From IMG/VR virus record IMGVR_UViG_3300004369_000006, positions 1-64,000 of that record: a stretch of DNA of 64,000 bases. One strand, written 5' to 3'. Position numbers and translations under genes: made by a program. The notes beneath the pieces are model-generated. The model saw nothing but the letters and a program-made list of their open reading frames with translations. It ran no database searches and had not been told where the DNA came from. Shown one piece after another: positions 20,601 through 28,834 of this stretch (position 1 is its first letter; every line of letters begins with the position of its first letter). Source of the DNA: a virus.

Positions 20601-21761
20601 GCAATTGAGAAAGAAAACCATACTCAACGTATAGCAAGGGAATCAAGTAAAAGTATTATAAATAGAATCTTTAATCGCGATACACTATATGTTTTTTATC
20701 GTGCTGAAGAAGTAACTAGTAACCTGGTACTAGGAGCTATGGCTCGTAACTATGGCGTAGATCCTTTAGATGGTAAAGTACGTAGGCTTGCTGAGATAGA
20801 TGGTGATGTTAAGAGTATCCATGATATGTGGAAAGAAGCTACAGATTCAGGTAAGACTATTGAAGACCTTCCTCTGACTGATGAGCAGTTTGCAGAATTT
20901 AGAACTATGGTTCGTACTACTTCACGTAGAATTAAGGGTACGAATATGAATGCTGATCAATCTGTATATTCAGGAAATATTTTAAATAAAGTATTTGGAA
21001 TGTTTAGGACGTGGCTTACTCCTATGCTTATGAATATCTATGGGGGTATCCGTTACAATAAAGGAATGGATGACTTTGAGGTAGGTTCTGCTCGTGTAGC
21101 ATTGCAAGAGTTAAAGGCTATGTATGACCTAGGATTACGTAAAGGAGCTGCGGGTCTTATGCGTATGGCAGCATCTAGTATTCCTTTCTTTGGTAGTCGT
21201 TTTAGTAAGATGTCAGGACTAAAGTATGAGCTTAGTAAAAAAGCTTCTTTAGAATCTTATGAGAAGTTTATAGCTCTTAATCCTATTTATGCTAATAAGC
21301 TAACGTTAGATGAATGGCATCAGCTTCGTCAAGATACTATGAATATGCATCATAGTTATGTACGTATGCTGGCTACTATACCTTTATTACTTGCAGTGTT
21401 AGGAGGTGACTTTGATGATGATGGAGAACGTGATAGTAAAAGTATTGGCGTTTTAAACTTAGCCCACCAATTGGTTTCTCGTTTTCAAACAGAAATGTTA
21501 TTCTTCTATGACTATTCTGCAATGCGTGAGATTACACAATCTCCTATACCTATTTTAGGATTCCTAAATCTCTATAAGAATGTAACAGTAAACTCTTTTG
21601 ATGAAGCACGAGATTATATTGCAGGAGAAAACAAATTAACTAAGACAGGTAAGTCTGCAGATAAAGCTGAACAATGGCATTATAGTAAAAGATTTGTTCC
21701 TTTTATCTATCAGTATGGTAATTTAATTGAAACTTTAAATTTAGATACAGAAGACGAATAA
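17619..21761 (+). CDS. Giant cargo protein (1380 aa) with N-terminal PD-(D/E)xK nuclease-like domain
   Basis: GTELH...E...GTID...DYK...QxxxY RecB-like motifs at about 18027-18473; last gene of the cargo block. Confidence 0.65.
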   Translation: MRSNYCAVIPADIKAEYGEVIGQRIMSYYPDRIPTLDEVRFIGDALKRGVRGAKLQAYTKFLDQATIEAEIDKRNAEVLEEKIIDENRGELYQLKNGKVLLYRPSQIAKETIRGKRSRKSLQGLEASANNQTLATIGTELHELNENFYVYFAQQSPLLRVKSRITAPKITRPDYLSPEAYEEIKSSIKILVDKAIAKQQTINDRTGKEGQAIVYPEVFIHNDKDTGGTIDGLVVYSNSRIDFLDYKFMKQQKEIITTETGITEFVPSTEISDIKRRTYRLQTGQYRDMLIDSYGVQKEQFDEISIIPFMMDIPIDPVYNEDGTLVSSRKPGEYKNPKFQKKVNAVIGISSEQVKQLPTGYQLTDNEILDDIIVELDKKLNIAIENARKSYYSDSDLKYAEYQDEISKLERLIEHIQREKDANSVLDYVLNMTDYINKNSNAITPNDLTYYLSEVEYFKNLLETVTKITNKEEDETIANEQLPEDSHFRKALKTNAFKTGLSLQLLNQAEEILRGKLELNLEKLNPDIAEVTSYNFGEKFIPWSEIEEPVIQTAYTLFNEAETKKYKAIKELQEEIKKEIDALKAAGYTMEQANKMIFNDKTGNIISRYDSEKRNLIFQARENNDVAYIKSIYELTDEGKNRYLLDLETRKNRLAAIHGEFSAAYNKAVSKFIDENDLANSENAWLIRAAVNKYAKLKSEEENYSEEYKKLPPAVKKYVDFYYATMQKFNAALPNEYIRENFVPNLRAQSAGILRQLLGVSAPKDLFNLIKRNTVDGLRLRQSEITSLTMDINSPDLRVPLAYKDNFEYYDKETHEYRASYTREENNFAKSKDLMYNLIMFGEAVYHKSYMDETLDTMQALMQYAKYKKSYKQDIIGGIKGLNRGYRTPELEQSDRISKNLTQLIRTHVLREHITSKDVIIGKNISANKMVSALINSARNMALGFNYKAAFAGFMTGQANLLAYSRKNRQITRKGLMSAYKHMRSANARAMNEYFAIEKENHTQRIARESSKSIINRIFNRDTLYVFYRAEEVTSNLVLGAMARNYGVDPLDGKVRRLAEIDGDVKSIHDMWKEATDSGKTIEDLPLTDEQFAEFRTMVRTTSRRIKGTNMNADQSVYSGNILNKVFGMFRTWLTPMLMNIYGGIRYNKGMDDFEVGSARVALQELKAMYDLGLRKGAAGLMRMAASSIPFFGSRFSKMSGLKYELSKKASLESYEKFIALNPIYANKLTLDEWHQLRQDTMNMHHSYVRMLATIPLLLAVLGGDFDDDGERDSKSIGVLNLAHQLVSRFQTEMLFFYDYSAMREITQSPIPILGFLNLYKNVTVNSFDEARDYIAGENKLTKTGKSADKAEQWHYSKRFVPFIYQYGNLIETLNLDTEDE

Positions 21762-21781
21762 GCTTTATAATATAATTTTTA

Positions 21782-21789
21782 TATATTTG
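21782..21789 (+). promoter_or_regulatory. Bacteroidota sigmaA -7 element (TATATTTG)
   Basis: Matches TAnnTTTG in the intergenic gap upstream of the phosphoesterase; no clear -33 element. Confidence 0.5.
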
Positions 21790-21854
21790 GGGTGTAAAGC
21801 CAAATAAATTATGTATAATGGAAGCACAGTTGGGAAAGGTAATAACCCTACTAC

Positions 21855-22970
21855 ATGAAAATAATTGACATAGCAACACAGCATTATGATGAACTTTATA
21901 ATGCTGATAGTTTACGAGCTAAGTGCCGAGAATTAGCTGAGCAATATGCAGTAGATAAAACTGCAATTCGTAAACACTTCTACAAGCTAAGAAAAGAAAG
22001 AGAACATTCTGCTCTATATGACTTTGCTGATAAAAATGGGTTTGATGCCAGTCAAGTAAATCACTACTGGTATAAAGGCAAAAGCATCTCTGCTCATGTC
22101 AAGCCTGAACAAATTACCTACGATGAGATAAAGCAAGAGCTTATAGATGAGCTTAAAAATTATAGTCCAGAATACCCTACTCTAGAATATAAACAAACAT
22201 CAGAGCCACATCTTCTACTTATAGATCCTGCAGATGTACACATAGGTAAGCTAGCCACGTTTATTGAAACAGGAGATGAGTATAATACTCAGATTGCCTG
22301 TGAAAGGGTGATAAACGGAGTAGAAGGCATATTGAATAAAGCAAAGGGATTTGACATTGATCAAATCCTTTTTGTAGGTGGCAATGACATCTTACATATA
22401 GATACTCCTAAACGCACTACTACAAGTGGCACACCACAAGATACCGATGGTATGTGGTATGAGAACTTTACTGCAGCAAAAGAAATCTATATTAAAGCAT
22501 TAGAAACTTTAGTTACAGTTGCACCTGTACATTTTGTATTTAATCCGTCTAACCACGATTATACAAATGGTTTCTTCTTAGCAGATGTAATACAGACTTG
22601 GTTTAGGAAACATCCTAACATTACTTTTGATTGCAGTATCAGTCATAGGAAATACTACAGGTACTATGATAATTTAATTGGAACTACGCATGGTGATGGA
22701 GCAAAGCAACAAGACTTGCCATTGCTCATGGCTAATGAAGCAAAAGTAGATTGGGCATCGAGTACATATAGGTATATATACACGCACCACGTTCACCATA
22801 AAACAGCAAAGGATTTCGCTGGCGTTACTGTGGAAAGTTTAAGGAGTCCTTCAGGAGCTGATAGTTGGCACCATCGTAATGGATATCAACACGCACCCAA
22901 GGCAATAGAAGGATTTATACATTCACGTGACAAAGGACAAATAGCGAGATTAACACATTACTTCGTATAA
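21855..22970 (+). CDS. Calcineurin-like metallophosphoesterase
   Basis: DVH, GND, SNHD, THGD and HHVHH motifs in canonical order. Confidence 0.85.
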   Translation: MKIIDIATQHYDELYNADSLRAKCRELAEQYAVDKTAIRKHFYKLRKEREHSALYDFADKNGFDASQVNHYWYKGKSISAHVKPEQITYDEIKQELIDELKNYSPEYPTLEYKQTSEPHLLLIDPADVHIGKLATFIETGDEYNTQIACERVINGVEGILNKAKGFDIDQILFVGGNDILHIDTPKRTTTSGTPQDTDGMWYENFTAAKEIYIKALETLVTVAPVHFVFNPSNHDYTNGFFLADVIQTWFRKHPNITFDCSISHRKYYRYYDNLIGTTHGDGAKQQDLPLLMANEAKVDWASSTYRYIYTHHVHHKTAKDFAGVTVESLRSPSGADSWHHRNGYQHAPKAIEGFIHSRDKGQIARLTHYFV

Positions 22971-22996
22971 AAAAAGCCCCTAATTAAAGGGGCTTT
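22969..22996. terminator. Intrinsic terminator between convergent arms
   Basis: AAAGCCCCT-aattaa-AGGGGCTTT hairpin; long U-tract on the - strand, short one on the + strand. Confidence 0.85.
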
Positions 22997-23005
22997 CTAA
23001 TCACA

Positions 23006-23200
23006 CTATTTATCAGAGTTCAATAAGCTCATCAGCTTTTCTATATACAGGCTGAAATCCATAGCTTCCTCCTGCGCATGTTTAAGCCAATCTATTACTG
23101 AAAGATCATCTCGTTCTAGAGTTGTATTGTATTTCTCAATGCCTACTTTAGAACGCTCTCTGTACTTTGCAATAACTGATTCCACGTGCTTATCCGCCAC
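23006..23200 (-). CDS. Small conserved phage protein (KYxTTLxRxDL...EExMD), possibly all-alpha NTP-pyrophosphatase-like
   Basis: Recognisable widespread phage motif; GTG start. Confidence 0.6.
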   Translation of the reverse strand: MADKHVESVIAKYRERSKVGIEKYNTTLERDDLSVIDWLKHAQEEAMDFSLYIEKLMSLLNSDK

Positions 23201-23208
23201 AACAAATC

Positions 23209-23673
23209 CTATTTTACAAAATTACTAAGTTTGACAAAGGTAAGATCATATTTGATACGAATGTCATTCATATCATCTTTGTTCTTAGCACTACGATTAG
23301 CGGCTTTTATAATCTCTGCTTTTGTAAATAGCAAAGGAGCTACTTGTGTAGTTCTTCCTGCGTCACTGCGCTTAGAAGGATCAAACAAAGACAAGAAGTA
23401 ATACTGGTCTTTACTGTTTACTTCTTTGTTCTTGTTGTCCATAATTACTACAGGTTGGCAAGGCTTAGATGCCAGGTACAAACTTGTAGCGTACTTCTTG
23501 CTGTTTTCTACAGATTTATTCTTGTACTTCTGTAGTTCAGCAGTGTGCCTGTTAAGGTCGTTTAAGTTCTCATCAATTAGTTCTTTTACATCCATGTTTC
23601 TTTTGTAAGCAATAACGCCTAGTAACCAAGAAATAATAACTAAAGCAAGAACCGTAATTACATAATAATTCAT
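23209..23673 (-). CDS. Membrane-anchored hypothetical protein
   Basis: N-terminal hydrophobic helix followed by a coiled coil. Confidence 0.6.
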   Translation of the reverse strand: MNYYVITVLALVIISWLLGVIAYKRNMDVKELIDENLNDLNRHTAELQKYKNKSVENSKKYATSLYLASKPCQPVVIMDNKNKEVNSKDQYYFLSLFDPSKRSDAGRTTQVAPLLFTKAEIIKAANRSAKNKDDMNDIRIKYDLTFVKLSNFVK

Positions 23674-23695
23674 ACTGTAATGTTTTGGAATTCAA

Positions 23696-23703
23696 CAAAT
23701 ATA
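23696..23703 (-). promoter_or_regulatory. Bacteroidota sigmaA -7 element (TATATTTG)
   Basis: TAnnTTTG on the - strand, 22 nt before the ATG at 23673 and just downstream of a terminator. Confidence 0.55.
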
Positions 23704-23705
23704 GT

Positions 23706-23739
23706 AAAAAGGGACACACTTTTACATGTGCCCCCTTTT
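23706..23739 (-). terminator. Intrinsic terminator
   Basis: - strand GGGGGCACA-loop-TGTGTCCCT followed by a U-tract, just after the DUF932-like gene. Confidence 0.75.
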
Positions 23740-23747
23740 ACATGGCT

Positions 23748-24458
23748 TTATACAACCTCTTCTAAGAAGTATTGAGTAATCTCCTTGTTCTGCTCTATAG
23801 CACCTAGATTACCTTTCTTTAGAACCTCTGTAATGTTATTGTATAGATTCCAAGCACTGCCATTACCATTAGGCATAGCAAAGTTCTCACTCTGTTCTAT
23901 CTCACGGGTAAGTGCAGTCAATTGATTAGCACGCAGTAACTCATGCTTATAGAATAAGTCACCGATAATATGTGCAGTATCTGTACGTCCTAGTTGTTCA
24001 GCATGCAGTACTTCTTTAATTGCTGCAGCTTTGTTAATTTGATGACGTAAAGAGTACGTAGTACTATATATCATTTCACCTAGATCATCAAACACATTTT
24101 TGGTGTGTCTACGCATATAGGTAATATCACCGATTACCATACCATTAGAACATATCATTACCATAGCACCTGCAGCTAAGGCTACCGACATACTCTTGTC
24201 ATAAGAGTTTCGGTATGCTAACATCATCTTAAATGCAGGATCAGGATTATTTAAGTCTTGGATTCCTAAGTAACCAATAACACGTTGTCCTCCGCTATAC
24301 AAAGTATGGTAGTTATTGGTAACTGTTAAACCTTGCGTAAATAATTGCTGAGTTAATGCATTGATTAAATACTCATTGCTAATGGGTTGATACGAAGTAG
24401 TTGGTAGTGGAGCTTTAGTTTTGTAAAGGTCTTCGAGATTTGAATTGTAATGTAACAT
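23748..24458 (-). CDS. DUF932-family protein
   Basis: NSYDKS...G...ICSNGM...RH and W-LYN-ITE motifs. Confidence 0.8.
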   Translation of the reverse strand: MLHYNSNLEDLYKTKAPLPTTSYQPISNEYLINALTQQLFTQGLTVTNNYHTLYSGGQRVIGYLGIQDLNNPDPAFKMMLAYRNSYDKSMSVALAAGAMVMICSNGMVIGDITYMRRHTKNVFDDLGEMIYSTTYSLRHQINKAAAIKEVLHAEQLGRTDTAHIIGDLFYKHELLRANQLTALTREIEQSENFAMPNGNGSAWNLYNNITEVLKKGNLGAIEQNKEITQYFLEEVV

Positions 24459-24469
24459 AATGATTAGAA

Positions 24470-24802
24470 TTAAAGGATTAAGAAATTAGTGTTGTTTAAT
24501 TCACGGATTAGTTTGTCTAACGTGAGATTGGGATTAATAAATCTAATGTGATCTAAAGTATTAGTGAGATAATAAGTATATAAACCATCTGCTCTTCGAA
24601 TGATATAGACATGCCCTGACGTAGTATTAAAGTCATGCACTAGGTTTATAGTAAATCGCAATACACGATCTTCATATAAACGAATGTCTGTAGTATTCCA
24701 AGATTTAGATAAGATTTTATTACACTTATCGAAAGCATCGTCAAATGCCTCTCCTTCAATTAACAACTTGTTCAAGTTTAACTTCGCCATCTTTTTCTTC
24801 AA
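24470..24802 (-). CDS. Hypothetical protein
   Basis: ORF in tightly packed operon; true start probably at the MAKLNL Met. Confidence 0.55.
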   Translation of the reverse strand: MKKKMAKLNLNKLLIEGEAFDDAFDKCNKILSKSWNTTDIRLYEDRVLRFTINLVHDFNTTSGHVYIIRRADGLYTYYLTNTLDHIRFINPNLTLDKLIRELNNTNFLIL

Positions 24803-25229
24803 TATTAGTTAATAGTTGTTCTTTGAGCTTTAGCAATCTGTCTATCTCTTGATTGATAATATGTAAGAAAGACTCAGGTGCTGTGTTGATATAGCGCACC
24901 TCTTTCATGATTTGCTCAAACTTTTTACGTTCATTAGGATACACATCTAACATACCATTATACGTCTTACAATGATATATTATAGTAGCATGGTTAGGTA
25001 TTACATTAACCATTCCTGTAGCGTAGTAGTAAGATTCCGCAATATGTTGATAGGGCATATTATATAATTGTCTAATTAGATAATAATATACCCTTCGTAT
25101 ATTGATCAGGGATTTTTCGCGGGATTTACTACCCACCATTTCAGGTGTCGTTTTGTTTAATGGATCAAGATGCTTAATAATTATAGTAAGTACCTCTTTC
25201 CAGTACTTTTCATTAGGAATTGATTGCAT
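24756..25229 (-). CDS. Stand-alone DnaA domain IV-like (C-terminal HTH) DNA-binding protein
   Basis: SKSRxxxLxxIRRxxYYLxR...YQHIA...NHATIIY resembles the DnaA C-terminal signature (SKSR...RQ..MYL...DHTTV). Confidence 0.65.
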   Translation of the reverse strand: MQSIPNEKYWKEVLTIIIKHLDPLNKTTPEMVGSKSREKSLINIRRVYYYLIRQLYNMPYQHIAESYYYATGMVNVIPNHATIIYHCKTYNGMLDVYPNERKKFEQIMKEVRYINTAPESFLHIINQEIDRLLKLKEQLLTNIEEKDGEVKLEQVVN

Positions 25230-25230
25230 A

Positions 25231-25917
25231 TTATATCCATTTAATTTGATACTCTTCTCCGTTTATACCTGTAATGATTTCATTCGCCATCTTAAAATGA
25301 TTGCAACCTAGAAATCCTGCATCTAATTTACGTAGTTCTGCTGCAGGATGAGCTGCGGTTAATACATGATGAAATGACTTCATATACATATTCTCAAAAG
25401 ACTTCGCATGTTTACCCCATAACATAAATATAAGACCACTATTATTTTGTGCAATAAGGTCTATAATCTGCATGGTAATTGGTAACCATTCTGCACTGTG
25501 GCTATTGGCTTTGCCTTTATGTACAGTAAGAGCAGTATTAAGAAGTAATACACCTTGCTTAGCCCAAGACTCTAATGTATAATCAAAGTCTTTGCCTTCG
25601 CTTTGATACTCTCTATCTAATTCTTTGCGTATTACTTGCAAAGAAGGAGGTATAGTACCATTAGGATTCTTAACACCGAAGGATAGACCACTTGCCATAC
25701 CAGGAGTATGATAAGGGTCTTGTCCTAAAATTACTACCTTGAGGTCTTTGTAAGGGGTTAGTCTAAAAGCTTTGAAAATATCTTGACTTTCAGGGTACGT
25801 AGGGGCTTGTGATTGCCATTTAGCTATCTGTACACCAATATTCTGAAACTCATTGGTACTAGTGATAGCTTCTAAGGGTTCATACCATGTACCCAGCCAA
25901 GTTTTTAACACGCTCAT
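25231..25917 (-). CDS. ung: Uracil-DNA glycosylase, family 1
   Basis: VVILGQDPYH, GLSF, PPSL, WAKQGVLLLNTALTV, FMLWG, HP. Confidence 0.95.
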   Translation of the reverse strand: MSVLKTWLGTWYEPLEAITSTNEFQNIGVQIAKWQSQAPTYPESQDIFKAFRLTPYKDLKVVILGQDPYHTPGMASGLSFGVKNPNGTIPPSLQVIRKELDREYQSEGKDFDYTLESWAKQGVLLLNTALTVHKGKANSHSAEWLPITMQIIDLIAQNNSGLIFMLWGKHAKSFENMYMKSFHHVLTAAHPAAELRKLDAGFLGCNHFKMANEIITGINGEEYQIKWI

Positions 25918-26770
25918 ATTCTTGTTTTGATATTAATTGTGATTCATAAAGTCCATCTATGCCTTCGATATCCATTGCTTGGTATAGCTCAATATTACTA
26001 GGTAATTTCATATTGAGTTTTTCTTCCCAAGCTTCTATTAGAATGTCAGACTTAGAAGTTATGCTACTAATAAAAATGTAATCTCGTTTAGGAAGACTAT
26101 TCTTTAGATAACTCATATAGGTTACAGGTAGTAAACTGTATTGACTACGCATAATTGTATTGTAAGATTCAAACCAATAAGGCTTTGCAATCTTGCTTAG
26201 TACAATATAATTATCGTTACCATATGGAGTAGTAAAGACATAATTTTCTTCTAAACATTGAGATTCTACTAGATCTTTAAGTAGTTTAAATTGCTTATCA
26301 TTTCGTATTTGCTTGTTATAATGCAATAAGAAATGCACAGCATAACGATATTTCTCTTGTTCTAGTTCAGGATAATATGCAAAAACACCAAGGAATAAAG
26401 GACTTTCCATAATGTTAAATGCAATCTTACCTGCCGTAGCTGCAAGAAATACCTTAGAAGGATTCTCAATAAAACTATGTAGGGTAATCTTCTTCATTGA
26501 TTTGCTAAGATCAAACGTAGATATCTTAGCAATCTTAAATGGCAAAGACATTTTAATATTTATATCATCAGCAATAATAATATCTCCTACATTAATTACG
26601 TGATCTCCTATATAGAAAGTACCGCAGTAAGATTCCGTTACATTAATCTCTCCTTCGGCTTTTTCTTTAGTTAGGATAGTGCATTCATATCCACTTACAT
26701 GTACTTTGGTATTAGCATTTCTAATATCAATTACCTGTGGCTGGGTTGATGGTTGTATACTCATTGACAA
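25880..26770 (-). CDS. Hypothetical protein (replication module)
   Basis: Long ORF filling the gap between Ung and the exonuclease; start uncertain. Confidence 0.65.
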   Translation of the reverse strand: MSMSIQPSTQPQVIDIRNANTKVHVSGYECTILTKEKAEGEINVTESYCGTFYIGDHVINVGDIIIADDINIKMSLPFKIAKISTFDLSKSMKKITLHSFIENPSKVFLAATAGKIAFNIMESPLFLGVFAYYPELEQEKYRYAVHFLLHYNKQIRNDKQFKLLKDLVESQCLEENYVFTTPYGNDNYIVLSKIAKPYWFESYNTIMRSQYSLLPVTYMSYLKNSLPKRDYIFISSITSKSDILIEAWEEKLNMKLPSNIELYQAMDIEGIDGLYESQLISKQEYERVKNLAGYMV

Positions 26771-27818
26771 TTACTTTACCGTTAGACTTACGTACATCCA
26801 TGGGATAATCATAGCTACCAAGCTGTAAGTACTCTTTGTATTCATCAATGAGCTGTTCATAACCTTTTGTAGGCTTACCACTTGCTAGGCTATAACCTCC
26901 GTTAGTGCCTACTTCTAAGTCTATATCAGACATTTGGAAGATTCGTGGTCTGCCTGTAGATGTAAATGATTCTACCGCAAAATAAGGATTTTCTATTACT
27001 AAGTCTAATCCTTCTGCTTTTAGCCAATGAGATAATGCAAGTTTATAAAATGCACCTTGTAAGTCATACCTAAATTTACGATAAGAATAATCAAAAGAAC
27101 TTACTGGTCCTTCCTTGACTTTGATGTCAATGATTTGCGCAATGCCTTCATTAGGATTAATACGCACAATATCTAGCATACTCTTACACTTTACTCCTTT
27201 ATACTCAAAGTATATCGGTAGCTGATACAAGTATGCCCAGTCATCTACATTTTCTTGTTGAGTAATATACTTAGTAGTATAAGGATGATTGCGTAAAGAC
27301 TCCGCAGTTCTAAGAGCCATATCATATCCTTTTTCACTAAGTATTTCTTTATCCTTAGCTTGTAGAATAAACTCAAAGTACGTCTTACCTTCTTTGGCAA
27401 ATCTCTCATATACAAACTTCTCAAAGTTATCACGTTTAATATCTGTATTATCATACGCAGCTTGAAAAGCATCCATGTTGACATCTTCAATCTTCTCTAA
27501 TCCTCTTTGCCAGCATATCTTATACAGGTTATGGCAGAAGGTCAGCATCTGCCCCGTAGGGATAACACCAGGATAAACATCAAAGATCTCATACATGGAC
27601 GATTCATCAAGACACAGCAGTGCATCAACAGCAGTACCTATCTTCATAGGTGTGTCACTAAAATCTGGAAACTCAAACTTCTTTTCTTGTTCTTTCTGTT
27701 TCATAATATCAGAAAGTAAGAAGGGATCTACACTTAGTTTAGTAAGCATAGATTGGGATACTCGCTCTTGCTTGTGATAGTCCTTCACAGCAAAAGCATT
27801 TGAATTAGTTGCAATCAT
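26727..27818 (-). CDS. PD-(D/E)xK exonuclease (RecE/ExoVIII-like, DUF3799-type)
   Basis: GTAVD, KCKSMLD, IIDIK, YDLQGAFY motifs. Confidence 0.8.
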   Translation of the reverse strand: MIATNSNAFAVKDYHKQERVSQSMLTKLSVDPFLLSDIMKQKEQEKKFEFPDFSDTPMKIGTAVDALLCLDESSMYEIFDVYPGVIPTGQMLTFCHNLYKICWQRGLEKIEDVNMDAFQAAYDNTDIKRDNFEKFVYERFAKEGKTYFEFILQAKDKEILSEKGYDMALRTAESLRNHPYTTKYITQQENVDDWAYLYQLPIYFEYKGVKCKSMLDIVRINPNEGIAQIIDIKVKEGPVSSFDYSYRKFRYDLQGAFYKLALSHWLKAEGLDLVIENPYFAVESFTSTGRPRIFQMSDIDLEVGTNGGYSLASGKPTKGYEQLIDEYKEYLQLGSYDYPMDVRKSNGKVIVNEYTTINPATGN

Positions 27819-28402
27819 AACGAATTAAGGAACTGATTAAATGATGGGGCTTTGAACTTGCCAAAAGAATAAACGTGCCCCGTTTTAGCGTTTACTCTAT
27901 AGTCTTCAGGTACAAATGTATTGTGTACTAAAGCACGTGCTGAATTACGCACTACTATTTTTTGTACATAGATACCTAAGGTGGCATAAATAAATCGTTG
28001 AGTCAAACCAAATACCCTAGCAGCACACATGTCAGCACCAGCAGGGGGTTTAACGTCAATGTAGGATGTAAAAGGTTCCCAATCTCCTTTACTTAATTGT
28101 TCTGCGTAAAAGTAAACCTTATTGTTATACTCTATATTTTTGATGTCTTTATAGAATATACCTTCGGCTTTTTTATTCCACACAATTACAAAGTCAGGGG
28201 TATAGGTAGTATTAGAAAGTAACTCTTTAGTCACAATCTTATCTTCCTTAGTCACACGTGGTACTTTGTAATTAACAGTTAAATTAGGAGCTACTTGTGG
28301 GAAGGTAGGTTCATAGTCAAAACTATCTACATAACCGTGGTCTTGTAGTGTCTGTAAGTATGAAGCCATAATCTCTTCATCCTTACTCCTGTATTCTACC
28401 AT
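27815..28402 (-). CDS. PD-(D/E)xK endonuclease (resolvase/DUF1064-like)
   Basis: YRSKDE, YEP, YTPDF, IDVK motifs. Confidence 0.7.
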   Translation of the reverse strand: MVEYRSKDEEIMASYLQTLQDHGYVDSFDYEPTFPQVAPNLTVNYKVPRVTKEDKIVTKELLSNTTYTPDFVIVWNKKAEGIFYKDIKNIEYNNKVYFYAEQLSKGDWEPFTSYIDVKPPAGADMCAARVFGLTQRFIYATLGIYVQKIVVRNSARALVHNTFVPEDYRVNAKTGHVYSFGKFKAPSFNQFLNSL

Positions 28403-28526
28403 TTTTAGTTAGTTTAAGAAATTCCAAGGCATAATAGATACCCTTGGCTTCAAAGTTCTGAAACTCTAAGTCTGAGTTTTCTAGTTCTTCTGCAATATCT
28501 AATAACTCTTTAACTAATTCTTTCAT
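28383..28526 (-). CDS. Small hypothetical protein (47 aa, not in ORF track)
   Basis: MKELVKELLDIAEELENSDLEFQNFEAKGIYYALEFLKLTKNGRIQE; TAATG-coupled to the upstream gene and fills the gap. Confidence 0.6.
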   Translation of the reverse strand: MKELVKELLDIAEELENSDLEFQNFEAKGIYYALEFLKLTKNGRIQE

Positions 28527-28834
28527 TAATAATAATAATTTTTGTGACCGCCATTAATCCTTTCAATAGATTCATACTCTCCTCTTGAATATGAAGATGA
28601 ATCTCCTGATATACTAATACCTTGACCTACTTTTAGACCCGCTTTATCTAGCATTTCAATAACATCGTCTGCAATTTCATCGGGAGCATTCATGCCATCT
28701 ATAATTTCAATTGAATTCCATTTAGGAACATACATAACAGTAATTCGATGTTCTGAATTTTCTAAAACGTTAACGACTTTATCAAAGTCTTTCTTAGTTA
28801 CTTTTATCATTTTTAATTGTTTTTGTGTGTACAT
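28526..28834 (-). CDS. Hypothetical protein
   Basis: ORF directly downstream of primase. Confidence 0.6.
   Translation of the reverse strand: MYTQKQLKMIKVTKKDFDKVVNVLENSEHRITVMYVPKWNSIEIIDGMNAPDEIADDVIEMLDKAGLKVGQGISISGDSSSYSRGEYESIERINGGHKNYYY

Noticed and set aside
21811-21858. 15-codon ORF overlapping the phosphoesterase start (ATGA)
   Set aside because: Too short to distinguish from chance; no supporting feature.
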